Origin: Carpediemonas membranifera BICM
Lineage: Eukaryota > Protista > Fornicata
Length of the DNA: 64,000 bases
NCBI GenBank assembly: GCA_019828565.1
Contig: JAHDYR010000001.1
Coordinates: forward strand, 248,001-312,000
Reading direction: 5' to 3'
Of this stretch, positions 21,351 through 30,666 are shown piece by piece (positions within the stretch are counted from its first letter, which is position 1; each line of letters begins with the position of its first letter). The translations under genes were made by a program, and so were the position numbers. The notes under the pieces were generated by a model that saw nothing but the letters and a program-made list of their open reading frames with translations, ran no database searches and was not told the origin of the DNA.

Positions 21351-22676
21351 TGAGGCCGCAATCCAAGATGTTCTGTGCAGCAGTCTTGTCTCTGTGGGAG
21401 AGATTGAGCCAAGTGGATGTAGGATTGGAATTGAGGCGTTGCTGTCTGTACCATGGAGCACCTTGACAATTCGGGTTGTGGCATCGCATCGTGCGCCTCG
21501 TGTAGCGAGTTCTACGGAACCTCGCGCGGCAGAAGGGGCAGAAGAGTGAGGTTCGGAACTCATTAGTCATCCGCACTTCAGCAGTGATGTTGAAAGCTCT
21601 GTGTGGTAGTAAGGTAGCAAAGCGACCATACGGCGCGCATGGATGCACCAGACGGGGCGTCTTGAATCTAGCGCTTCCGTAGAAGACAACCAGCCTGGTG
21701 GGGGCTGCCCGGGGAGGGGCAATACTGCGAGGGAGTCGCCGAGGAGTCCATCCTAGGGTGCGAGCAATCTGCTCCGCAGCTCTGTGGAAGTGCTTTTGAC
21801 GCAAGATGTGGTTCGTCAGGCGCACTCTGCGGAAGCTCTTGACCATCCCAGCGTCGAATTTCCTGCTCGTGGAGGAGCACAAACCTAACCGAGTTTTGTA
21901 GATAGATGTCTAGACTATCTAGATTTGTACTTTTGAATGACGCAGGAGTCATATCGAACGCGAAGCTGGGGGTCTTGGTGTACCCACACTTCGGGACCAC
22001 ACCGGAGCTGGTAGTGCCATCTGGGTGGCGGATGAAGAATCCACCCAGAGCCCGAGCACCCGGGTCGAAACCCATGAGGTTGGTATCGGGGTCTGGCGCG
22101 GGGCGAGCATCCGCGTCATCCACACCCAGACGCTCCCGAGCCTTTCGCTTCATCGTCGGGTTGCCACTGGCACGTCTGCTGACGTATGGCAGAGCACCAA
22201 CTTGGACCGTGAGGTCCACGGCGACCCCATCTGTCTTGACAGACAGCACCCGACGGATGTTCGGAGGAAGAGCCTCCAGCTGCTCTCGCGTCATGCGCTC
22301 AGTGGCGTGATGCTCCGGGTCGACCCCAAGTTGGGCAAGCCAAGCCGGGTTCAGCACGTTGAGAGAACAGGGAACGTGCATGAACCTGGTGCGGACCGGA
22401 GCCATCGGGACAAGCGGAACAAGCTTGGGGGCCCGCCAGCTGCTTGTCACCCGGAAGAGGTGGATGGGCGGTGTTGAATGCCGCAACGATATCCGTGAGC
22501 TCTCCCAGAGCCGCGGAGATCCGCCAGACGCAGGGCAGCGTGAGTAGAACGCCCTCGTCGACTCGTCCCGGAGTTGAGATCTTTGCAACGTGCCCATCAA
22601 CGATCGCCTTGACAGCGCGTTGTTCGGTGCGCAACCTGGTGATGTCGTCCCGGGGCACGTCTGGATCCAGACTCAT
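21220..22676 (-). mobile_element. Fanzor (eukaryotic TnpB-family RNA-guided RuvC endonuclease), interrupted by two +1 frameshifts
   Basis: Three consecutive frames carry SVKTDGVAV, RuvC-I MGFDPG, FRRVRL...I.RQK, VVFYG, RuvC-II TNEFRTS, Zn finger CPFC...CHNPNC and RuvC-III HRDKTAAQNIL. Confidence 0.88.
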
Positions 22677-22824
22677 ACTCCTTCATGTGCAGGATAAGGC
22701 TCACGCCGTTTGCCACCCAGGGCAGCAGTCGGAAGCCTCTAATCCAAACCGAGTCATCCATGTGAATAAAAAAGATGCCAGGTTTAAAATAATATCACAG
22801 CCAACGAGCCGACCCAACCCAAAC

Positions 22825-24218
22825 TCACCGCCCAGCAAACACTTGCGCCCGTACGAACTCCGCAAGCCCGCCCCGCTCCCTATAATCCGAGCCGGTCGAG
22901 CTGACATAGCTGTGGGAGACACTGGACTGGTCTGAGAGAATGGAGCTTGTCTCAGTCGACCGTGATAGCCCAGTCGTGCCGTGGCTTTGAGTCGCATGAG
23001 TCGGCCGGGTTCGCCACACCCCGTCCTGCGGCGACCGCTCAAGTTCACGCGATACATGGTTCCATGACATCCCTGTCACTGACCCCGTGCTTGACCAGGC
23101 GGGTGGCCCTAGAGCTCTGGGGGGCGACTTGAAATGACCCAGAGCAGATGAAAATTCAGACTCGGACGCATCGTCCGTGAGGGCGGTGTCCGAGTCGGCA
23201 GTGGAAGGAGGGGCGGGCCTGTAGTGCGTCTGGGCGTGCTGGGGCGGGTACTGCGGTCTGCTGCGGCGTCTGGAGTGTTTCGCTGAATGAACAACCCCTT
23301 GGCTGACTTGGTCTGCCCCACCATAGCCTATCCCCACCCCCTGCCCCCCACCCACTGTCGGGCTCCCTACCTTCATCAAGTGACGGAGCTCGGCGTTGGT
23401 GTTGATAAGGTCATCATTCCTCCGCTCCAGAGCCAGCACCACCCGGCCCGCCTCCTCTTTGGTTCGGTGAAGCTCCTCTTGTAGCCTTTGAATCCCGGCC
23501 TCGAGCTCGGCCACGCGCTGGGAAGCGGAGCCTTCAGCCTTGGCAGACTTCGTGTGGGCCTCGGCAAGGTCTTTTTCTGCCGCCTCGGCGCGTGTTCTTT
23601 GCTGCTCTGCCACCTTATTGATAGCTTCCTTCTCTCTCATCATTCGTTGCATCTCATCATGGACAGCGTTCAGCTTTGATTCGTATGCAGACTCCATTGC
23701 TTTCTGGGACGACTTCTCACCATCTAGGGCCTTCTTGAGGTCTGCGATCTGGGCAGTGAGGTCCATATTCTTGTTGGCGGCTTCTGCGAGCTGGCGCTGG
23801 ACTCCATCCTTTTGCAACTCGAGATTATCAACCTCGCTCTCAAGGCGGGCATAGTCCGTAATCGATTTCTGAAGCGTGTGGCGGAACTCTTCAAGCGTGG
23901 CCTCAAGGTCGACGATTGTGGTGTTTTGCTTCTTGTTGGCGCGCTCGAGGCGATCGAGCTCGTCGTCTCGCTCGCGGAAAAGCTACGTGAGAGATAATGG
24001 AGGTACATACGGTCAAGTTGTGCCTGTAATCGCCCTGCAGTTTCCTAAGAGCCTCCCGAAGCGTCTCGCACTGTGTGAATTGAAAGATGGGAAGTATACC
24101 TCGGTAGATAGAGCTTGAAAGTCCATTGACTCTTGATTGTACCCGTTTTCCGTAATATTCCAGCTGTGTGAGAGGTCAATAAATGCGCATACCCTAATGC
24201 ATCGCCGAATTCAGCCAT
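22825..24218 (-). CDS. CCDC57-like coiled-coil (centriolar) protein; introns at 24164-24192, 24071-24099 and 23983-24010
   Basis: Three consensus introns give a continuous frame from MAEFGDALG; L..DY.HNL.L..ERD.ELDRLE resembles the CCDC57 N-terminus; long coiled coil follows. Confidence 0.7.
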
Positions 24219-24484
24219 TCCGCGGTTCCCGCGTTGACGGTTTCATTTTTATCTGACTGGGCGATCGGTACCCCTGACTCTACAGCTCGGGGAAATGGTT
24301 GGATACTCAAAACTGCCTTGGGGGGTCGCTTTGGGACCGGAGAGAGCAGTACCCAAAGCTATGGCGCGAAGCAGACCAACAAATGTTTTGTTGATAAATT
24401 GCCAGCGAGACTATCTCTGCTCATGCATGCAATCATAGGAAGAAGAATTTAAGCTAATATACACTAATTGTGCCAATCTACTCC

Positions 24485-25045
24485 TTACTTACCCTGTTTG
24501 GCGACGGCGACGAGCCAGGTCAGCGCCTCCTCCACGCCCTCACCATTCAGGCCACACGTGAGCTGGCATCTATACTGGTTTTCTCTGATAGACTCGAGGC
24601 GCATGAGCTTCATCACCTGGTCCTCGGGGAGGGCGTTGGGAAGGTCGCGCTTGTTGAACAGAATGAGCAGATTAACACCCTTCAGCGAGGGCTCACGGAG
24701 CATGTTGTGGAGCTCTGCGCCTGCATCACGGACGGCCATCTCGTTGGCGGTGTCCACGACGAACACGATGAGGAAAGTGCCCGTGTAGTAATGGCGCCAC
24801 TGCGGACGGATCGCATACTGCCCTCCGAGGTCCCACATCATGAAATCGATGTTCTTCACGCTGTGCTTCGCCATATCGAAGCCTACAGTCGGGTTTGTGG
24901 CGACAAACTGACGATCAGTGATCCATTTGAATATGGTGGACTTTCCAGCAGATTCAAGGCCGACAAAGAGGATCTGGAAGCGTTTCTTGGACTTGAGCAA
25001 AGGACCAAGGGCAGTACGAGCTCCCTTGCTGATAATCCCGCCCAT
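24485..25045 (-). CDS. ARF/ARL family small GTPase
   Basis: MG myristoylation start, GLESAGKST, PTVGF, WDLGGQ..IRP.WRHYY, NKRD. Confidence 0.95.
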   Translation of the reverse strand: MGGIISKGARTALGPLLKSKKRFQILFVGLESAGKSTIFKWITDRQFVATNPTVGFDMAKHSVKNIDFMMWDLGGQYAIRPQWRHYYTGTFLIVFVVDTANEMAVRDAGAELHNMLREPSLKGVNLLILFNKRDLPNALPEDQVMKLMRLESIRENQYRCQLTCGLNGEGVEEALTWLVAVAKQGK

Positions 25046-25266
25046 TGTGGAGTTTTTGTCGATTTATGGCATTTATGGCTCGTCATGTTACAGGACAATA
25101 AGGTTGTCTTAACTGCCCAATCTACCGCCCCAAACTTCCTCATATCCCAGGGTGATATTGATATCACTCTTGAAAAGCTGTGATGTGAACACCACGCTGA
25201 TACAGGCATGCCAGAGCTCCATACCGCCGCCACCGCCATCCGACAGTAATTTACCACGCCACCATC

Positions 25267-26151
25267 CTACTTCCCGCCCTGCTGCATCAGCTTCACCAGC
25301 TGTTCAACGGACACATCCCCACTGAGTCCGGCACTGATCTCCAGGGGGAACTGCGCCTCCCGCTCAGGGTCCATGAGCCTAGTCTCACCCTCCCTGACAC
25401 TCCGGACCTCTGCCCCCTCCAACTCCTCGAGCTCTTCCCATGTAAAGAGAAGGGGGTCGGTGGGACCTGACCAGGGGTTGATGTCGATTACACGGGGGGC
25501 CGTGGTTGATCGGATGTGGGGCAGGTAGATGTCTACTGCTGCTCTGGCCAGGCCTAGCTTGTCTAGCCTGGGTGCGATGATGTCTTCGGCGAACTTGGCG
25601 GAGACATCCTGGATGACTGCCCTGTTCGTGGCGTTGCCCCACTCCTCGGCGTACGCGGCTGACCTCTGGCACACACCCGCGACCTTCCACTCACAGTTGC
25701 CCGCTCGACGAAGGAAGACGCGAACCTCGCCGGCTGGAGCGATGTGCTTCCATTGGCGAAGAGCTAGCGTGACAGGATAAGTCTCACCCTCGAGTTCTGT
25801 GCCGTCATATGCATGGTGGACATCGTGTGAGATCCTGTTACTGGCCTGAAGCACGAGCGCGACGTCTGTGGGCGTAGTGCATCGAAGGCCGCTGCGGGCA
25901 ACCATGAAGTCTGCATCCAAGGGCGCGGACCATGATGTTTTGGGGAAAACGGTACCCCATTCATCGATGGCGTCCTGGATATCTGGATATGGCTCCTTAT
26001 CAAGGTCTTCTTCACTCGGAGCGAAGATTCCGTCTTTTGAGAGGAAATCAGAGGGGAGAGAAGTGATTAGCGTCTCAAAGGAGTACTGTTTTGGCGTGGA
26101 GAACAACGGGTACCACTTGTCAATGGCGCATAGCCTGATATCCTCACTCAT
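25267..26151 (-). CDS. CDC123: Cell division cycle protein 123 (ATP-grasp, eIF2 assembly factor)
   Basis: C....WYP.F, VFPK..WSAP.DA, L.C....DV.L.L.AS..I.HD, L.LR.W, E.R.F, IDINP....TDPLLFTWEEL. Confidence 0.92.
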   Translation of the reverse strand: MSEDIRLCAIDKWYPLFSTPKQYSFETLITSLPSDFLSKDGIFAPSEEDLDKEPYPDIQDAIDEWGTVFPKTSWSAPLDADFMVARSGLRCTTPTDVALVLQASNRISHDVHHAYDGTELEGETYPVTLALRQWKHIAPAGEVRVFLRRAGNCEWKVAGVCQRSAAYAEEWGNATNRAVIQDVSAKFAEDIIAPRLDKLGLARAAVDIYLPHIRSTTAPRVIDINPWSGPTDPLLFTWEELEELEGAEVRSVREGETRLMDPEREAQFPLEISAGLSGDVSVEQLVKLMQQGGK

Positions 26152-26441
26152 CCCACTGTTGCCGACTCAATGACTCAGAGGCGACTTAGGCGATATATGC
26201 GTCAGGGCCGACTAGCTGTAGTGTGTTACTGCCTATCGTTGTTTCTGTTGAGCGATGCATGAGCTAGATTGTTGGACAACCCGGAAATGCTCCAATCCAG
26301 ACTTGTTTCAAACAATGAGAGAAGGACAATGGCGAAGAAGTACACTGACTGGTAACCAAAGGGATCAGTCTCTTAGCTTCAATACTCCGCTTGGGTGACC
26401 TGACTGAGGCGACTGTGGCACGACGAGTCACTGAGGACAAC

Positions 26442-27013
26442 ATGGCTGGGCAAGCTGCAAAGAAGCTCGTTGAGCGGAACAAGAAGACTCTTAGGATCAT
26501 AGATTACGGTTTCATCATTCCAATCGTCAGTAGCGCATTCCTTCTCTGACACAGGTCATATACGTGGCAATTCGCATCGCGCTTCGTTTCAAGAGCATTC
26601 ACTGGCTCCCCTGCACTATTTTTGCGATAGTATCACTTCGTATGCTCTTCCCTATTGCCATTTACCCAGTGAATCTCTACATCACTCTCAACCTTCACAA
26701 GGTCGCCGCTCCCACAATCGTTGACGGCGCTATCGTCCGTCCCGGCCGAGATGTGATGGCTGGTCTCAATGAGTACAAGGTTGACGTTCTTGCCGTCCTC
26801 GGGTTCGTCATGGTTCTTGCTGCCCTCTGGGATTGGCTCTGGCTCATAGCTTCCATCATCCCTGGCTACGTCGTTTACAAGGTTTGGACCATGTTTATTG
26901 CCCCTTGGCTGTTTGCTGACGGTGGTAGCAAGGAGATGACCCCGGAGCAGAAGAAGGAGCTTGAACGAATCGAGGCCCGCCGCCAGCGGAAGAAGGCCAA
27001 GCGCGTTCGGTAA
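26442..27013 (+). CDS. TMEM208: TMEM208/SND2-like ER membrane protein; 29-nt intron at 26526-26554
   Basis: MAGQAAKK....N..TL, G.D...GL.EY..D, W.W....IP.Y..YK.W...I.PW, basic C-terminal tail. Confidence 0.8.
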
Positions 27014-27234
27014 GATGTAGGTGTAGTGGCTTGAGGTATGGTGTAAATCCGTTTTCAGACCCGACCCCGTTAGTTTCATGGTCGGCGACTGCCCACTTAT
27101 GGTCGCTCACATCAGATCGACTGATAGTCTGCCAGTCGTCGAGGATCTTGCAGCCGCCGCCGTATATATGCTGAATCGTGTGACTCGGCCTGGCGGCATA
27201 TACCTTTATCATACAACACGAGCGTACATCCAGG

Positions 27235-28091
27235 CTACCTCAGGGACGTCTCGACGCTCTGGCACGTCTGCTCCAGCAGCCTAAGCAGCGTCTCCTCCGT
27301 CTGCTGGCGTTCTTCCCTCTCCTGGGCGACGTCCGCAGTCATCCGAGTCGCCACATCCTCCAGCATCTTAAACATGGTCTGCTCGGTCTCCTCCCGCACC
27401 TTCTGCTCGGCCTTCATCGTCCCCTGAAGCAGTACGAGGTCCTCGCTGTATTTCCGGATGGTACGCTGGTACTTCTCGTCCCTCAGCGCCCGCTCATCCT
27501 TCTGGGATGCTGCCAGTCGCGCTGCTCGCTCCCTGATCTCGGCCTGGGTCCTCTCAAAGTCCTCCTCGGTCCCCTTGTGGCCCTTCGCCACCTCAAGCCG
27601 CACACCGAAACAGGCCTCGTCAATGGACTTGATCACCTTGGACTCGAGCTCCTTGCGCTGCTGGCGCTCGGCCTGGAGGTCCATGGCGACGGAGGACTCG
27701 ACCAGCCGCAGCTCCTTGGTCTGCTGCTCGTCCATCATCTCCCGGTTAACCTGCTGGGAGGCCAGGGTCTCTTGGAGATGACCGATGGCGTCGCGGATCT
27801 TGGATGCGGGCGAGATCTCGGCGGAGTAGAGGCGGTCGATGCGCTCGTCAAGCTGGCGGATCTTCAGCTCCGATTCGGCGCGGCGGTGCTGCTTTTCTTC
27901 GTCAAGATTCACCTGAATACCACTAAGTTTGGTAGTAAGCTTTGTGAGAGGCGATTGGAGGTACAAACTGAGCGTATACGCATCTGGCTTGGAGAAGCAG
28001 AATAATCTGCAGGAGGCGCCCTAGCCTCGCTAGAATAGTCACTGTGGCTTGATTTCAAGCTTGAATAGAAGCTATTCGACAGGGTATCCAT
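27235..28091 (-). CDS. SF-assemblin/beta-giardin family striated-fibre protein; 29-nt intron at 27940-27968
   Basis: Ser/Pro-rich head plus segmented coiled coil with repeated E...R...E motifs; intron GTTTGT...CTCACAAAG joins the frames. Confidence 0.75.
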
Positions 28092-28269
28092 GCCGACCAA
28101 AAAGGCCATAAAATGCACCATCCTCTGAACGCCACTGGCTCCGACGACACCCCACAACACTCGTTCATGCCCTATTAGCCACATCCCGCGCAAGACCAAC
28201 CAAGACTCTTCTCGCCGACCAACCGATTTATGAAGAAAAGAGAACATTGTAAGTGGCAGTATGACCAAC

Positions 28270-29874
28270 TCAAACGCCCATGGACAGCCTGATATCGCTC
28301 GGCTCAAACGCCACCGGCGGTACCGGCGCCAGCGTGCTCGTAGAGGCAGTAACCGGCCTTCTCGCGACCGCGCCCATCTGTAACAGCACGTGCGCCAGCC
28401 TGGACAGCACAGGGGTGTCATTAGCCCATCCCTCGAGCCCCTTGAGGAGCTCCCTGGCCCCTACGCCCTCTCTCGACGGCCCCCTGCACAGCTCGACCTG
28501 CCTTGCACACCCGGGTTCGTAGCAGCGCTGATCGACTTCAAGTTGCTCCATAAGCATCTTAATCTGGTCATCTGGTGGCTCAGAGAGCATGTCGTTCTGC
28601 TGCTTGTCGAGTACATACTTTTCTATGATTTGCTCGAGGACTTCGTTAACCTTCCGGCCCATGAGGTCTCGAGCAACGCCTTGGGCCCCGCGACCGTGGG
28701 CATATCTTGGATCTATCCTGTACGCTGCTGCCATGCCCGGGAGCCAGCCATAGCAGTCGAATGTCTCCCGGAGTTGGACTTTCATCTCCGAAATGAGCAG
28801 ATCTTCTGGGAAATGACCGCTGTTGAAGTTCTCGATCTCCAGAAGAACGGCATATGCGTCAGAGAGCGTCGTGTTTGAATGGTTCTCAATCCTTTCGATC
28901 GCATCTTCTATACGCGTCAAGAAGCTCCGCAAATGCTCAATCTGACGCAATACGAGCTGTTGGTCACCGTGTGTGTGAGCGTTCGTGTCTATAGGCTCTG
29001 GAGGATCATCCAACACAGCAGCTGCGGCGTCGCTAACAGCGTCAGGATCGCTCGTATCAATCACAGGCTGCCCCGGCCCCATTCTCATATAAAGCTCGTT
29101 CAACTGCCGCGTGACCTCCATCACCTTTTCCAGCTCCATTATGCTGCGTGAAGCTTCGTGTAGGATTGCAACACAACAAGTATACGCGGCCATGGAAGAA
29201 TCAAGCATGTCACTCACCTCAACAGCAAGCTCGTGGGTCTCAAGAGTGCTGCAGATGGTGCTGAGGACGTTGATGTTGGGGTACATCGCCTCAATCACTT
29301 GATGAGGCAGGTGCTGGGGGTCGCCGGTGATTGAATCGGCGTTGAAAGTAATATATGGTGAGATCGCGCCAGATACTCCAGCATAGACGCTGGCGTTACC
29401 ATATCCGGCGTGAGCTGACCCGATCTCGAGCGAGGCGGAGCGAGGAAACTTCACCGACTCCGGCCCAAGACTTCCAGTCGGCTTCGTGAGAAGCTTGACG
29501 AAGCTCGCACAGTTTAAGAGCTTCAAGAGAGTATTGAAGTCGGGATTCTTCGAGAGGCTGTCGAGAGAGAGGTTGAGGTTGGAGTGGGTGGCGTTGTAGG
29601 ACTCTATGTAGCGTTCGAGGGAGCGCTTCGCCTGGGCGGGGTCTCCGCCATTGCGCTTGATGTTCGGGCCAATAGTATCGCTTTCATTCTCACCATTCGC
29701 ATCAGAACGGGCCTTATCAGTGGCGTTAGGGCATTCCTGAAGCATATGAATGATGGCGTTGCGCTTACGCTTGAAGACTTCAGCCTTGCAGTATTTGCAC
29801 ACCCATTTCGTGTTTTTGTCATTCTTATCGAAATGCTCGCTGACAAAGGGATTCACAGGGCGTCCCTTTCCCAT
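28270..29874 (-). CDS. BED zinc-finger protein with degenerate hAT-transposase-like C-terminal half
   Basis: V.EHF...W.CKYC...HM..EC BED finger; TTLSDAY, AAAYRIDPRY and W....PVLSRLA..LL hAT-type motifs. Confidence 0.7.
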   Translation of the reverse strand: MGKGRPVNPFVSEHFDKNDKNTKWVCKYCKAEVFKRKRNAIIHMLQECPNATDKARSDANGENESDTIGPNIKRNGGDPAQAKRSLERYIESYNATHSNLNLSLDSLSKNPDFNTLLKLLNCASFVKLLTKPTGSLGPESVKFPRSASLEIGSAHAGYGNASVYAGVSGAISPYITFNADSITGDPQHLPHQVIEAMYPNINVLSTICSTLETHELAVEVSDMLDSSMAAYTCCVAILHEASRSIMELEKVMEVTRQLNELYMRMGPGQPVIDTSDPDAVSDAAAAVLDDPPEPIDTNAHTHGDQQLVLRQIEHLRSFLTRIEDAIERIENHSNTTLSDAYAVLLEIENFNSGHFPEDLLISEMKVQLRETFDCYGWLPGMAAAYRIDPRYAHGRGAQGVARDLMGRKVNEVLEQIIEKYVLDKQQNDMLSEPPDDQIKMLMEQLEVDQRCYEPGCARQVELCRGPSREGVGARELLKGLEGWANDTPVLSRLAHVLLQMGAVARRPVTASTSTLAPVPPVAFEPSDIRLSMGV

Positions 29875-30011
29875 GGTTTATCACCTGCACGATTCGATAC
29901 TGCTAAAAGTGCGAAATACAGAACCATGCGCTGGCATGCTTATAGACGTGAATATGCATGTATCGACCTTGCAGACTGGCTTTTAGTCTTCATTTTGAAT
30001 TATCGCATTTT

Positions 30012-30431
30012 ATGTCAGAACGTATGAACGCTGTACGGGGACTTGGAAACACTGGTGCAGGGCTTGTGAAGAAGATTGTTAGCATTGCATATCTTTCGCC
30101 GAAGGCGCCAGCTTGCTGGATCGCGATTGCAGGCATTTGCACTTTGTTAGCCATATACAGTATAGGATGGGGCGTATACGTTCATCTGGACTGCATGTAC
30201 TACGAGGATCTTCAAAACAGAGTTGGATCCGCGATTGCTTTCTACTGGAACGCGTTTGTCTACTTCTTCATCGCTCTTGTTGGCGTCGGCTTTGTCATTT
30301 TCATCAAGTTTGTACCCCCGCCCGGCTCAAAGAAGTCTGTGGAGAGAGACCCTGATCGCAAGCCCCTCATTGGCGGCATCACGCCTTTTATCTCACCTGC
30401 CGACAACGAGTTTGATACATACCTTCAGTAG
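30012..30431 (+). CDS. Small two-TM membrane protein (possibly RNASEK/V-ATPase subunit f-like)
   Basis: Two hydrophobic segments; the family guess is weak. Confidence 0.55.
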   Translation: MSERMNAVRGLGNTGAGLVKKIVSIAYLSPKAPACWIAIAGICTLLAIYSIGWGVYVHLDCMYYEDLQNRVGSAIAFYWNAFVYFFIALVGVGFVIFIKFVPPPGSKKSVERDPDRKPLIGGITPFISPADNEFDTYLQ

Positions 30432-30666
30432 GCCGTTGGCCGGCTGCGATTCATAAAACTATATTGCGTCTGGCGAGCGAGAGACAGCATTCTTGGCTGG
30501 GTGGGATGTCTGAGTCGGGCTTCTCAATGATGAACGGGGAGTCTCGACCCACTTAGACCATCAAATGTCTCGGATACCCTCACTGCCACCTCGTCAAGCA
30601 CTTGACTGGCTCTTCCCGACGCGCACGCTCGGCACCTGTTAAACTGCACCAGAACAAGAATCATCG

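Noticed and set aside
21840-22450. Introns as the explanation for the Fanzor frame changes
   Set aside because: No GT...NTNAYNNAG intron of frame-restoring length is present at either junction.
21160-22810. TIRs, TSD or Helitron ends around the Fanzor
   Set aside because: No inverted termini or matching flanks were found. The 3' hairpin is followed by CTAT rather than a clear CTRR end, so the element class is left unassigned.
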